Under the pieces are notes generated by a model. The model was not told where the DNA came from and searched no databases. It saw nothing but the letters and a program-made list of their open reading frames with translations. From assembly GCA_977018835.1 (NCBI GenBank), contig OZ361256.1:5890001-5954000 (forward strand): a DNA stretch of 64,000 bases. The letters are read 5' to 3'. This document shows, piece after piece, positions 11,867 to 29,219 of this stretch. The DNA is from Minutocellus sp. GHC0000111. Its lineage: Eukaryota. The translations under genes and the position numbers were made by a program. Position 1 is the stretch's first letter; each line of letters starts with the position of its first letter.

Positions 11867-13060
11867 CTACCGCTTTTTCCACCAGATGTTGTTTGTAATT
11901 TTGATCAGAAAGTTGGAATCTCCTAGGTCTGTCGAGTTTGTTCTTCCTACAGTCTCACTCAGGTCTCGATTGACCATCGCCAATGTGCGTTTGTCGTTGT
12001 GATACGGATCGCCATTGACACTGAGCAGAGCATGGATCTTGTACCCATTCCGATAAATGAGAGTCAAAAGTGAAACGATGGGCAAAGGTTCGGTGATGGA
12101 GTTCTCCATTATGATATTTTCAACTTTTCCAGATGAGAGAATACGCTTGGCACCAAGGAAGGAAAAGTATTCAAATCCCTCGACATCAACCTTCATTAGA
12201 CGAATTGGAGGCGCAGTGTCTTCCAGCCACCCTTCTTGAATGGCAACATCATCCAATCTGACCACTTTTGCGGGTATCGCTTTGCGGAATTTCTTGGCAA
12301 GTCGCTCGACAAAGAAGGAACTCCCACCTGGATTCTTGCCCGTGGTCAGATTCATCGCCTTCTCTTCGGAACCAACTCCATAGGGAAATATCCGCACACT
12401 GCCATCTTGGTCCCAGCCATTCAACTGCAATGATTCGCACACCCGCACGGACATGATTGGGTTGGGATCAAAGGACGACACTTGATGTCCCAGCGCTCTG
12501 GAGAAGAGAGTGAACCAGCCCACGTTCATGCCCACATCGATTACACGTCCTGACACGGCAGTAACATGAGTTCCGTTGCCGTTACCGCTGCTGCCAACAC
12601 CATCGCCATCGCCAGACAATACATCCTTGAATATCTTCGTCAGTCCCTTCTCGTAGTACTCCCCCTTGTTGTGGATGCTGACCCATCGCATCTGATCGAA
12701 CCACTCGATGAATAGTGATATCCAGAATGGCGGCTCCGTGATGGTCAGTCGCTTGGGGGATTCGGCCAGAGCCTTGTTGGGATCGTAAAAGTCTTCGTCT
12801 TGCCTGCGTGCCATGATCTTTGGGCAGGAGACGGCGCTGTACGTGTGACTGTGTTGCGGTGTGTTGTCATCGTCCTTGTTTTTGTACGTTTGCTTTGGCG
12901 GCGGTTGGTAGAACATTCCATCACCCAACAATGCCCCCAAAGCGCTGCTACTGCTGCTGCCGCCGCTAGTTTGTGTGTGTATTCTCGACAGGGGCAGCAT
13001 ACCAACCAAGAGGATAATGACGGCTCGAACCAGCAAGGTGGTGGGAGTGCGAGATGGCAT
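11867..13060 (-). CDS. FkbM-family (Methyltransf_21) SAM-dependent methyltransferase, type II membrane
   Basis: VIDVGMNVGWFT, SFDPNP, VRLDD and LMKVDVEGFE motifs; N-terminal TM; single 397-aa ORF. Confidence 0.9.
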   Translation of the reverse strand: MPSRTPTTLLVRAVIILLVGMLPLSRIHTQTSGGSSSSSALGALLGDGMFYQPPPKQTYKNKDDDNTPQHSHTYSAVSCPKIMARRQDEDFYDPNKALAESPKRLTITEPPFWISLFIEWFDQMRWVSIHNKGEYYEKGLTKIFKDVLSGDGDGVGSSGNGNGTHVTAVSGRVIDVGMNVGWFTLFSRALGHQVSSFDPNPIMSVRVCESLQLNGWDQDGSVRIFPYGVGSEEKAMNLTTGKNPGGSSFFVERLAKKFRKAIPAKVVRLDDVAIQEGWLEDTAPPIRLMKVDVEGFEYFSFLGAKRILSSGKVENIIMENSITEPLPIVSLLTLIYRNGYKIHALLSVNGDPYHNDKRTLAMVNRDLSETVGRTNSTDLGDSNFLIKITNNIWWKKR

Positions 13061-13266
13061 GCCGAAAGTGGAGTAGAGGTGCCGACTACTATATATATTG
13101 CTGCGTACCGTACGTAGCTGCTAGCTATGCAGCATTCATTCGTCCTAACTCTTCTTTCTGGGTACGTGCGTGCGTGCGTGTAATAGAGCGGGTACATGTA
13201 GTCGGACTAGTACATGTACAGCTGTAGCAGGAATTCGTACATACGTAGCTAGAGGACCATAATGGC

Positions 13267-16200
13267 ATGTTAATCATCCTGCGGAGCCCCAGCCCAGGCA
13301 GGCGCCCCAGCCCCCATCATGCTCACCAGCGCGGAGGCAGCAGCCCTCGCAATCCTCGAGGCGGCGAGCAGGACTTTGACGCCGACCCCACCGAGCTGTT
13401 AGCCGCCATCCACTCTCGGAACTGGAAGAAGGCGGGCAGCTCCCTCCGGGGCGATCCCGACCAGGCCTCCATCTGGATCTACCGTCTGGACGATGAAAAT
13501 AATAAGTCCAAGAAGAACAATGGCGATGATGACAATGACGACGACGACGACGACGACAACGACGACGACAATGCCGCCGTCGAACCGCAACGGCCCGTCA
13601 AGTGGCGGACCCTCCCCCTCCACGCGGCCGTGCTGTTCCGCGCCCCACCCAAGCTCCTCCGCTCCCTCCTCAAGGCCAACCCGCTGGCGGCCTGCCACAG
13701 AGACGATCGCCATATGCTGCCCCTCCACCTGGCCATCAAGACGGGGACCGGCAAGGCCACCGTCCGGACGCTGCTGGAGGCGTATCCTCAGGCATTGGAC
13801 GAACGCGACGACCAGGGACTGCTGCCGCTGGATTTGGCCAAGACGTCGACCAGCCCGTACCGGCGGGCGTATTTGAATGCCTGGGCCGAGTACTACTACA
13901 AGCTCCATCGAGAGTGCGACTTTGATACCAACCCCACGGAACTTTACAGTTATCTCATGAACAAGGAGTGGGAGAAGAAGAAGAGTAGCAGCAGCATTGG
14001 TGGCAATGACAAGAATGACAAGGACGGTGCCAAGGCCAAGGGCAAAGGAGGGAGATACCTGTCCAAGGTCCTCACCCAGGCCGATGCCGCCACGTGGGTG
14101 AGCCGGAGGGAACCCCGTACCGACGACAACGGATCCGGCGAGCTGCGGTGGAGGATGCTCCCCCTCCACGCGGCCATTCTGTTCCAGGCACCGGACAGCA
14201 TCATAACGGCCATCCTCAACGCCCACCCGGAAGCGGCGCAGGGTGCCGACGATTCCGGCATGCTGCCCGTCCACGTCGCGCTGGCCAAGCGCTGTTCCGA
14301 GACGGTGCTGAACGCCCTGCTGCGGGCCTACCCTCAGTCCATGACCGTCCGGGATGGGAGGGGCAACCTCCCCATCGACGTGGCGCGCAGGTCCAAGTCG
14401 GTCCACCGCGAAGCGTACGTCGAGGCCCTCGAGAGGAATGTGGCCTTCTACATGCTGGAGGAGGAGTGCGACTTTGACGCCAACCCGTCGAGCTTGTACC
14501 TGTCCATCGAGGATGGCAACTGGGACGTGGCCGAGCATTTGGCACGGAACTGTCCCGAGGAGGTACGGACCTGGGTGGCCAAGCGAGAAGAAATCAAGAG
14601 CAAGAAGAAGAAGAAGAAGAAGCAGAAAGGGACGGGCGAGAACAAGGACGACGACGACGACGACGACAACGAATCTACGTCTCCCAAGGACACCAAGGTC
14701 AAGTGGCGGATGCTGCCGTTGCATGCCGCCATCCTCTTCACGGCTCCCACCGAGACCATCCGGGCCCTCGTCCAGTCCTATCCCGACGGATGTTCCTGCA
14801 AAACCACCCCGGAGAAGATGCTGCCAACTGCCGGTCGAGGTCGTCGAGCTAATGCTCATGTACTATCCCGACTGCCTCATCGATGCCGACGTCAAGGGAC
14901 GGACGGTCTTCACCCTGGCCGAGACTAGCAAGAATCCCAGCCTTCGTGCAGGTTATATGGGAGCGCTCGACCGTGGTCCCATGTACTGGAAGCGCCTGCG
15001 CGAGGCACAGGAACAGGGTGGGCACGAGAGCGTCGGCGATGAGGATTACGACGCCGGCATCGGGGGTATTGGCACCAACCTGACGTCCACCGCTTTGGCC
15101 AGTCATGACGAATATGGAGAGGCGGACCTTGCCACTCCAATCGAAATGAAGGCACGAGCTCAGTCAAACGTCCGAGCGGCTCGAGCTATGGACGAGAATG
15201 GCATCCTTCTACCACCGACGCTCACTCCTGCCGCCGCGACCGGGGCCAGTGCGGCTGCTGCACTGGCAGCTGCCAATTACATCCATCAGCAGCAGATGAA
15301 AGGCTCTCATGTGCAACCACAACAGCAGCCAGAGTACTACACCACCAGTCCTACGCAAGGCAGCCACGGTGGCGATTGTTCTGATGAGGCCAACTTCCCG
15401 GGAAAGAAGGAGCAGGGCGCGATATCGCAGTATCTTTCTCGCAGTCTCAGCAATATCAGCCCTTCGAAGAAGAGGAAGGATTCCAAGTTCATCGGCAAGG
15501 AGCTGGTCGGCGTCCCCCAGGGATCGTTCGATGTTAGCAAGATCAAGACACGAGCTGCGTCGCCCCCACCTCAGGCTCGGAATGGTGGTTTTTCATCGGG
15601 TGGCGCCGCAAAGAACCGGTCTTCATCAGCCAAGAGGCTGAGACAGAAGGTTAGCAAGCTACTTCGCAGTGCCAGCCGTTCAAAATCTCGTCAACGAAGT
15701 GAGGTAGAGAGAGATACTTCCATTCATGCCGCACCTACTTACTCGGAACAACGGGCCATGGCCCCTTCAAACCAGTTTGCTGCACCAGCGAATGCATATG
15801 CACAGCAGCAGCATCAAGCACGACCAGGAGGCAACGGTATGCCGCTCATGGCGGGAACAGTTGCAGCGGGAGTGGCTACAACAGCGGCCATGGTGCAACA
15901 GAACATGCAGAATCCTCATCTCGCAACGCAACAGCAGGTCCAAGCCGCCGGGGCCGTTGCTGGAGGTGGTCGAAATGGCGTCGTTGCTCCCGAATCAATC
16001 AACGTCGGCCAGCCCGACGAGATTCAGAATGTAGTTAGCGATCTGACAGACCCCTACAAGCCGAGGGTTGCTCCAGAGTCAATTCTCAAGCCTCAGAAGC
16101 GTGGTCTGGGATACAGTCCCTCTTCCGATGCCAACGAAGCCGCCGCCGAAGGGCCCGCCGAAGCTCCTGTCTACAACGGAACCCCTGCAGCTGAGGCCAC

Positions 16201-17036
16201 CGAGGACAGATCCTTTGTATCCCCAGGTGCTATGCTGGCGAAACAAGAGCAAAAAGAGATGGCTGCACCCGCAACGCACAGACTTGTGATGAAGTCTGGA
16301 CTCAAGGGTTCAAAGAGCACTGCAGGTGGAATGGTGAGGCAGAGATCGTCGACTCCGTCGAGGTCGAATGGACGTAAAGATCAAGCAGCAATCGAGAGAG
16401 AAGCAGCACAGTACGCTGCAACCGCTCGCAATCGAAGTGCAGCTTCTGGAACCAGCGCCGGTGTCCTTCGTAGCGGCCTCAAGGATAAGAAAAAAGCAAA
16501 CAAGAAGAATAAGAACTCATCACAAGAAGAGACGCCTAAGCCTCGCGGAAATGGTAAATATTCGAGCAGAATGGCAGCTGCAAATCAGAAGGGAGCCCGC
16601 CCGAACACCGTTTCAACTCTCACTGGCAATCCCTCTATGGTCAGTAGAGATACCCTCCAGGATGTCCAGCAAACAATGAATCTTCTCAATCCCAATGCCG
16701 GAGCGAATAATGGCATGGCGACGAATGCAGACCTGCTGTCTCTGATTGGTCCGACAGAATATCCTTCTGCGTACCAGAATGAGCCTATTCGGGATTTATC
16801 AAGAGCTCAGTCCATGGATTCGCTCAACGAGGACAGCCCGTGATGTCAATAGACTGGAGCAAGCAGTTGATGATGTCGTTGATGCCATGGGAGAAGCCAT
16901 ATTCGATAGCAAACTTATGAACGGAATTGCATCCATGCTCGGAGGAAAAGACAAGTCACAAAAGAAAGCTGACGATGATACTGCGACTTATGCCAGTTCC
17001 TTCCATTTGAATGAGATTGGCCCGCAAAAGAGGTAA
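13267..17036 (+). CDS. Ankyrin-like repeat protein with a long low-complexity tail; two frame disruptions (~14828 and ~16838)
   Basis: Three modules of (EC)DFDxNPT.LY...W...WRMLPLHAA...MLPxH.A...D..G.LP. The third module lacks the LH-A segment at ctgcca|actgcc. Removing one C at ~16838 extends the frame to the stop at 17036. Confidence 0.7.
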
Positions 17037-17178
17037 GCCGCAATGGTACGTTACCTAGGTACACATACACACTTTATATCCAGAATAACCAAAGTAAAAA
17101 AAATAAATTATTCAATCAATCCAATTCTGTCGAATCTTATCATTTGAATCACCACGGCACCAAAGTATATATTAATAC

Positions 17179-17547
17179 ATGGATGATAGCCAATCGTCAG
17201 CCAAAGAGACTCCTATCTTGATCGGCAAAATGGCAGAAGATCTCGCAAATGAAATCATCCGAGCCTCAAGAGGGATGAGGACGATGCAAATTGCCATCAT
17301 GAAGAAACGACTGGACCATGCTCATCGAGATTACTTCGTCTCAGGGGCGGAGGAGGGCCAAATACGACGATTCTCTAATTTTTCTGATGCCAACAACTAT
17401 CTCAACGCTCGGGGATTCAATCGAATTCTCGATGGCGAAGAAGAAAAATATTGGAAGAGCCGATTCTTCTCCATGTTGAGTTCGGCATCAAGGAACATTG
17501 AAGTTGGAGTCATAATCTATTCACGCGGCGTACCTGTAACAATGTGA
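17179..17547 (+). CDS. Hypothetical 122-aa protein
   Basis: ATG-initiated ORF in AT-richer intergenic DNA; no recognisable motif. Confidence 0.25.
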   Translation: MDDSQSSAKETPILIGKMAEDLANEIIRASRGMRTMQIAIMKKRLDHAHRDYFVSGAEEGQIRRFSNFSDANNYLNARGFNRILDGEEEKYWKSRFFSMLSSASRNIEVGVIIYSRGVPVTM

Positions 17548-17614
17548 AAAGTGAAGATAAAAATAAGCAATATATGATAACTCGGTGCTAACTAGTTTAT
17601 CAGAAAAAAGTAAT

Positions 17615-20137
<2,523 letters not shown>

Positions 20138-20600
20138 GGTTTGCTATTGTTGTGTATTTGACTCAAAGAGCACCGAGTACCAAAAAAGTGATGGGCTGGG
20201 CGAAGTTCCAGTCGAAGGCAGTGCCAGAGCGCCGCCGGCACAATGGAAGAAAAAACGAGCGGTGCCGAGGCCGCCGACCAATGCCGTCCGTGGGCTTCAG
20301 TACAAAAGCTACCAACACTCCCGACGGATAGAATTTGGGGGCTTCAATTTACCTAATTTTCATTAGGTATCCGCATTTCCTCGAAATTGAACAAGAATCA
20401 GAAACAAGTATCGCAGAATAGAAATAGTATTCCACAAATAGTCTTCTTCCTTATTTTCGATTTTCGCCAAAATCTGACGTGGTGGACAAAGTGCCCCACC
20501 AAAAATCGGCAGGGCCGCCCTCGACCGCACAAAGCTCTCCCCTCTCGCAGGAGTCACTTTTCATCGTGCCGTTGTTCGAATCGAAGCATCCCATCGAATC

Positions 20601-22075
<1,475 letters not shown>

Positions 22076-22643
22076 GCAAGCAAAAGTTGATTTTATTTTT
22101 GGTTTGGCGTCTTGGGTTTCTGTCTGCTTCCTCGAGATTGTTCGGCTGATGTGAATGTGGATTATAGACTCTAAACGATAGAAAATTTTTGAACGACTAT
22201 CGACTTGATATGATTGATATTGTTGCGTGCCAAAGATTTGATTACCGTACTGGTATTGTGTCCATGCTTGTGATTCGATTCTTTTTCACTCCATCCGTCC
22301 ATCATCTTTGCTGCTGCCGCAGAGCGGCCGCAGCGTTTTATTTTTTCACTTTGCAACTTCGCTTCCGTCAAGATGGTCTTTACGTCGCCCGCCAAAACTG
22401 AAGAATTTATTTGTCGAAAATGTCAACCACGAAAAATGCTTTCGAAATGACGGATATCTCAGCTCACGTGGCTTTCTCGGCCTGTCGTCATGTCTTTCGC
22501 GCATTTTTGGCGTTCAAATTTCTTCTTCTTTTTCCGGAACTTCCTTGGCATTGGAAGACAACCTTTGTCAAACCTTTCGCAAGTGCCATCTTATGAACGA
22601 ATTGAAACAGGAATATTTCGTTGTCAAATCGTTTCACTGAACC

Positions 22644-24566
22644 ATGGTGTTCTTTGGGGTTAACATTTCTATCTCCCTCCCGTCGTTCCTGAGTAGTGCC
22701 AATGCCATTCTTGGCGGTACCTCGTTGACAACAGGAGGAGGAAACGGTCTTGGAAATGCCAACGTTGGCATAACCCGTCCCAACCCACTTTACGACAATA
22801 TTCAGACGGAGAACTGGGATATGGCGTTGCAAATATTGATGCGATCGGCGGCCAATTCCAGACCCAGCAGCAAACCGCGCAGGGCGGGAAACGACGGCCT
22901 ACTTCCGCTGCACATGTTGTGTTGGGTTGGCGCCGGACGGAGACAGGACGCCGGTGTCAACAACAACGGTAGCGACTCGGACGATTCTGATAGCGAGGAA
23001 AATACCCCCAGGATCAAAGAGGCAGAGATTCAGTTTCAGAAATGTCAAAAGGTCCTCGATGCACTACTTGAGGCCTATCCTTCTGCCGCCAAGCGAAAGG
23101 ACAACTTATGGTGAGTGTTGCTGTTCGAAAAGTCATTTTTACTTTATCGTGGTTTCCCTTTACGATGCTTTCATAGCTCACATCAGCTAAACCCAATGCG
23201 TGTGCCTTTCGCTCAATTTTAAAAGGGGCTGGACGCCACTGCATATGGCATGCTACTCGGCACGATCGTCCGGTATCACCGTACGAAAGCTGATTGCCAT
23301 CCACCCTTCAGCATGCTCAATCCGCGACGAGCAGCGCCTCGTACCGCTCCATCGAGCCTGTCTCATGGCATCCGATGACATATTGGAAATTGTCAGAGTA
23401 CTGCTACTAGCCGACCCATCTCAGGTCAACGTCGAGATTCGCAATGGAGAGAGGGACGTGCCATTCCATCTGCTCGTGGCGCGAATTCATCACGAGATAC
23501 AGAAGGAACGATTCAAGCCACTGAGGATTCAAAAGGACTATGGTCTGGCGAAAAGTAGTACCGCTGGTTATAGCAGCAGACGCAATAGCAACACAAGCAG
23601 TAGCAGCGATGATGAAACCGCAATCGCAACACGTGGCCATTTCATGAACCGCACTCACAACTGGAGCAACTCATCGAGGCGACGTTTTTGATACTGGAGG
23701 CCGAAGAGCGAGGTAGTATCGGAAACGGATATTTGACGAAACATCGCATGGTCGAGCTTGTCAACGGATGTCTACGCAAGGGTCGGTGTCCCAATCAGCG
23801 TCTGTTTGCCTACATGGCTCTCTGGGATCACCCCGAGCTCGTCACAATGAGCATGGATACTTTTCGTGATGAACTCAACAACGAGGGAAGTAGCAGCGAT
23901 AGCATCAGTACAGGTGGCATTATGCTTCACGTTGCCGCCGGCCATGCCAAGCAAAGCATCAATGATTGTCACTGGTGCGCAGCCTGCAACCGTGGCCTGG
24001 CGGACCCGCACTTCGTAAGTCAGGACAATGGTGAAAGTTGTGATCTCACATGCGCATATCGCAAATGCAGTATTGACGAGGCCGACACTACGGCAGAAAC
24101 AAACACCGAAGAAGGAGAACAAACAGAACAGACACAAGACGGAGAAAATAATAGCAACAATGGTGGCAGTCGGACCCAACGTCGGACGAGCTGGTACCTT
24201 CGCTACAAGGATCGAATGTACAAGGATGTCATGCTGACGATCCCGTACGGATGCATCCTCAAGCAGATTGCCAACCTCTACCCTCAGGCAGCAGAGACCA
24301 AGACCAATGATGGCACGTTGCCACTCCACCTTGCCATTCGAAACGGCCATACTTGGATCCCCGGAATTCAGGCCATATATCGATCATATCCAGCCGCTGG
24401 GCGTGTCCGGGATGCCGGCACTGGCCTTTATCCCTACCAATTGGCGGCTGCGAAGAAACCCCAGCCCGAGGATGATGAAGAATGGGATCGAAAGCGATAT
24501 CTATCGGAGCTCACGACGACATTTGAACTTCTGAGGGCCGATCCTGATGTAGTGTTGAAGATTTAG
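22644..24566 (+). CDS. Ankyrin-like repeat protein; intron at ~23111-23225; frameshift at ~23614
   Basis: DGLLPLH, W|GWTPLHMAC, LVPLHRAC, DGTLPLHLAI and TGLYPYQLAA...TTTFELLRADP (a typical diatom ankyrin-like C-terminus). Adding one A in GAAAC gives DENRNRNTWPFHEPHSQLEQLIEATFLILEAEE. Confidence 0.75.
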
Positions 24567-25119
24567 CTAGATCTAATCAGGGCGAAGAAATACGATTGGA
24601 TTGTGCCATGGTATGTAGAGTGCATAGAGTTGAGAATGTGTTGGAAATGTGGAGAGGGAGGAGAGGAGGCCGAAGAAGAGAGATGTCTTTCAATGACTTT
24701 CTTTGGTGGATGAGAGAGCAAGAGCGAATTCGGATCCTATAATTGTAGATTATATACATGAATTATTTGAACAACTACACCGAAATAACAATACATGTAG
24801 GAATCCTTACGTGTAGGAAGTCAGATAAGACGGACGGGTGGGTCCTCTCTTCTTCCGATTCCTCCGCGCTCCCCGGAGGCAGTTTCTTCGGTGTCATGGT
24901 GATACATTCGCGAGCCTGCCTGCCCAGTGATGCCGATCACGCCGGCGCAGCAGCCCAAAATTTTGAACCACTTGCTTGTGAACGTTCCTCTCTTCGCGCG
25001 TTTGTGCCATGTTTGCTGATTGACAGTTGGCAAAGATACATCCTCATTCATGCCCGCATTCAAATCAACTCAATAAATAACAGCCGCCCAATCCTCAGAC
25101 ACGAAACGAAACGAAAAGC

Positions 25120-25996
25120 ATGAAGCTCCTCAACTCCCTTACCTTGGTACTTTTCTCCCTATCGGCACGCACCGTGCTCGGCGGAGGAGGTACTGCCGCC
25201 TCCGATGAAACATCTGCCGCCGATGCCCACAAAGCCGGCTCCCTCCGCCGAGGATTGGGAGCGCCACACTGTGATGTTTACAAGCCCTTGATCGGATGCC
25301 AGTGCAAAAGTGGCATCTACTGCGGTGGAAACGAAGAGAGCACTGGCAGTGAGTTCAACTCGTGGCTTCTCGTTGATCTAGCTAGAGTTTGTTCGCTACA
25401 TATATATAATTGGCATTCGTCTCACATGCACATCGGCATCACACACACACATCAAAACATTATTTATTAATCCACTCCCAGTCGACGCCGCCGAGTTCCA
25501 ACCGAACACTCTCTACGATTGTGACGAAGGATGCTACACTGTTCGGGAGGTATGCGGCGATGACAAGATCTGCTCCTTCGAGCCCTGCACGCAAGACGAT
25601 TTCTGCAAGTCCGTCCCTCCCCCCACCCCTCCCAGTGCCAAGCCGTCGGCAAGTCCCAGCAGCTCACCTACGCCCTCTCCGACCGACTCTCCCACCGAAT
25701 CTCCGTCGTCTTCCCCATCACTTTCCGATTATGACTGCGATGACAAGAAGAACATTGGAAGAAAGTGCACTGTCACATTGGGAACGCCAGGGGCTTCAGG
25801 TGCTACCGGAGTTTGCGTGAAAGAGGGTGGATTCCCCAACGATGCCTCCGACAAGCACGACGACCGATGCTGCCCTACATCGATTGGATTTACGGTTTGC
25901 TCGAAAAGTTCTGGATCAAAAGGTTCAACCGATTGCTGCACTACTGCCGAAAAATGCGATTACCACACTGGCGAGTGCTACTCGCCCGTGCCATAA
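25120..25996 (+). CDS. Secreted Cys-rich protein with a Pro/Ser/Thr linker; exons 25120-25348 and 25482-25996
   Basis: Signal peptide and RRGL motif. A phase-1 intron joins GIYCGGNEESTG to IDAAEFQPNTLYDCDEGCY. PS/PT repeats and a Cys-rich tail follow. Confidence 0.8.
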
Positions 25997-26573
25997 TTTT
26001 GAGTTGGATTTGTTGGATGTTTGATCCTCCTTCCTCTGAGCAGAGAGAGTGGATCAAGACGAGGACATCATATCACGAAGCGAAACTTTTGGTCTTAGAT
26101 CACCGTGCCAGTCTACATGCACCGGTATGTATTGATTGATTCATATATTTTTTGTTCTTCAAAGTTCCGTCCATTTTTGTCCGCGTTCCGTCGTACCATG
26201 CGGACAGACAGATCATACGGTATTATATATTACATAAGAGAAGAATTCATAAGCTGCACTAGATCCACTACGTAGTTAAAGCTGTACCGGAACGTTCGAT
26301 TGATTTAGATATTGCATGCATAAAGGTACATGACGTTATCGGCAGTTCGTTGCTTTCCCAGCCGCCAGTCTATAAAAATTCGGCCAGGCGTCAAGATGAC
26401 TGATGATATTTCCGTTGAATGCCTCGCGCCGGCCTCGCCTCCTCGCGCTTGGTCACAAAGGCCACGCGACACGCTTCAACCACCCGCCACACGCACGCAT
26501 GAGACTTGTTGTGGACAACAGTGGTGGGAGGTTGCTAAAGAAAGAAGACGACGACAACTGCAACCAAGCAGCC

Positions 26574-29102
26574 ATGAAGACTTCATCAACCCCTTTGGCA
26601 TCGGCGGCTCTCCTCCTCTCGGCACATTCGGTGCTGGGCGGACGTGGTCACAAGAACGAGCAGGATGCCCATTCTCTCCTCCACGAAAGAACTCCGTCCG
26701 AGCACAAGACCAAATCGCCTGCAACCATCTCCTCCAACCTTTCTCTTCGAGGAGGGAGGGCATTGGGACACTGCGACTTTTACGACCCGGACGGGGAATG
26801 CAAATGCGAAGACGGCATCTATTGCGGTGGCAACGAGGGCAGTACCGGGCGTAAGTTATGTTGTGCCACATGTGACCGCTAGAAATTTCTATTTCTCTTC
26901 TTTGCTTTTCTTCTTTCTTGAGAATTGATCCACTCATATTTCAATATCATTTTTAACACCCTGGCATGTTTGAGCCCAACACACTCTACGACTGCGACGA
27001 GGGATGCTACACTGTTCGGGAGCATTGCGGTCAGCACGAGGTGTGCTACTTCGAACCATGCAAAATTGATGATTACTGTACCGACGCCCCTCCTCCGTCC
27101 TCGGGATGTCCTGGCGGCATCGACGGATGGTACTGCGGCAACAACCCTCATGTTCCCAGTGATCTTGTCGATCAAAGGCTGTATTGGTGCGAAGATGGGC
27201 ACTATACCAGGCACGATAGTTGCTGGAACAATGATCCCGCAGAGATTTGTATTGTGAATGGCGGAGGGAACGATGAGTGCGTTGATCCTACTACGATATG
27301 CCCCGACGGCAAGGATGGATACTATTGCGGTAACAACCCGAAGGTTCCCAGTGATCTTGTCGATGGCAGGCTCTACGAATGCAAGGGCGGCCACTACTCA
27401 AGGCTAGATACCTGCACAAACAATCCCACACATTTGCCTCCGCCCAACGAATATCAGATTTGCATGGCGAATGGTGAAGGGTACGATGAGTGCGTCAACC
27501 CTATGCCTACGTGCCCCAACGGCAAGGACGGTTATTACTGCGGTAACAACCCCCATGTCCCCGATGATCTCGTTGATGACAGACTCTATGAGTGCAAGGG
27601 CGGCCACTACGAGAGGGTCGACAGTTGCTGGAATAATCATCCGGTACAATTCTGCAAGGTGTATGGTGGCGGGCATGACGAGTGCGTCGATGCCCATCCT
27701 GCTCCGGCCCCTCCTCCGCCGTCGCCCACATGCCCTGGCAACAAACATGGTTATTACTGCGGCAACAATGACCACGTACCAGCAGACGAACATCTTGACG
27801 ATGACGTACTATATTATTGCAAAGACGGTCACTACTCCAAGGTAGATACTTGCACGAACAATCACCCATTTCAAGTCTGCAAAGTGCAGGGCGATGGCCA
27901 CGATGAATGTGTCGATGCTTATCCATCTCCGGCCCCTCCTCCGCCATCACCGGAATGTCCCGGAGGCAAAAATGGAGATTATTGCGGTAATAACCACCTG
28001 GTCCCTAGCCACCTCGACGACGGTGTCTTGTATGCGTGTGTAGATGGCCATTACAGTCATTTCATTGATTGCAAGGACTTGACTCCTGCCTACTGTAAGT
28101 ATTTTTGTTGCTCTTGGGGATTCATCGGAATGATTCTAATCAATGGATGACATGCAAACTTACAAACTCAAGTTGCACTCACTTCGTGTACACCCCCATT
28201 GTACAAATATTTTACATGTAGTCTGCTCCGTTTCTTCATCAAATGGCGACGATACCTGTAAGCCCGTTCTCCCCCCTACCCCAACGGCCTCTCCTTCCGC
28301 GAAACCTAGCGCCTTTTGCGACGATGATGACAACAGGAATGTGTGTCCAGCCACCCCGTCGTCGAGCCCATCTTTCCCAGAATGCGTCGGTATCGATGGA
28401 GTAGAGGCTAGATGCCGAGAATATACTGACAAGGATAAAAATACCGCCAAATGCTATGAAGCAACCGAGCTTCTCCTTAATACCAAAATGGCTTCGATGG
28501 AAACAATAATGGAACACGCCAAAAAATTCATGTATGGCGTTTACTGCGGAGATGGCAATGGCTGCGTAGAATCGGCAGAGTGCTGTACTCCACCCGAACC
28601 ATGTGATAAAGACGACGATAATGGAATCGACCAGTCATGCAAGATCAATAAAGACTGTGAGGCCCTGGCCGGCCACGATTACACAAAGCTCCTCCAGTGC
28701 GAAGCCAGCTTTGTCGAAGATCTTCAACATGCGTATGTCGACTCTCTCGACAACGGTGAGCCCAAACTCAACGGCTTTTGCGATGAGGAATGGTATGACA
28801 CGGAATTTACCGTTCCCATTGATCAGGGTACTCTCGTAACAACCGGAGCCCAGTTCTTCAAGCACGAGTCAATCCTCAATGCATTCTCGCCTTGCTGTAG
28901 TCCGTACGGCGTAAGACAATGCCTTGGTAGTGGAGGCTCTGTAGTAAACGAGTGCAAGGACGACAATGTCCTCTGTTTTTGCAAGTCTATCGCAGAGAAG
29001 TTTGCATTCCTCGGGGGCGACTATGCGACTTGCGCCAATTCCTACAAGGATGTCGGATGCTCTCATGTGAGTGATGATGTTATACCGTTTCCCCTCCATT
29101 GA
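26574..29102 (+). CDS. Secreted Cys-rich repeat protein (tandem paralog of 25120-25996) with ~6 GxYCG repeats and a C-terminal degenerate PLA2-like domain; introns from 26851 (acceptor damaged) and 28095-28221
   Basis: Signal peptide MKTSSTPLASAALLLSAHSVLG; same first domain and intron position as the neighbour; five ~60-aa CP.G.DGYYCGNN..VP..L....LY.C..GHY...D.C.NN....C...G.G.DECV repeats. Confidence 0.75.
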
Positions 29103-29219
29103 ACGTACCTAGGTATTCTGGCTTCACGAACAGGGTTTAAATGTCGACGAAGCAAAAAGTACACAGAGATTCTACATAGTAATAAACATTTTCATACTGC
29201 ATAAGACTATTCATTCATG

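Noticed and set aside
22170..22640. Possible small TIR element between GapC2 and the ankyrin gene
   Set aside because: Only a short AAACGAT match between the ends, with no convincing TIR or TSD.
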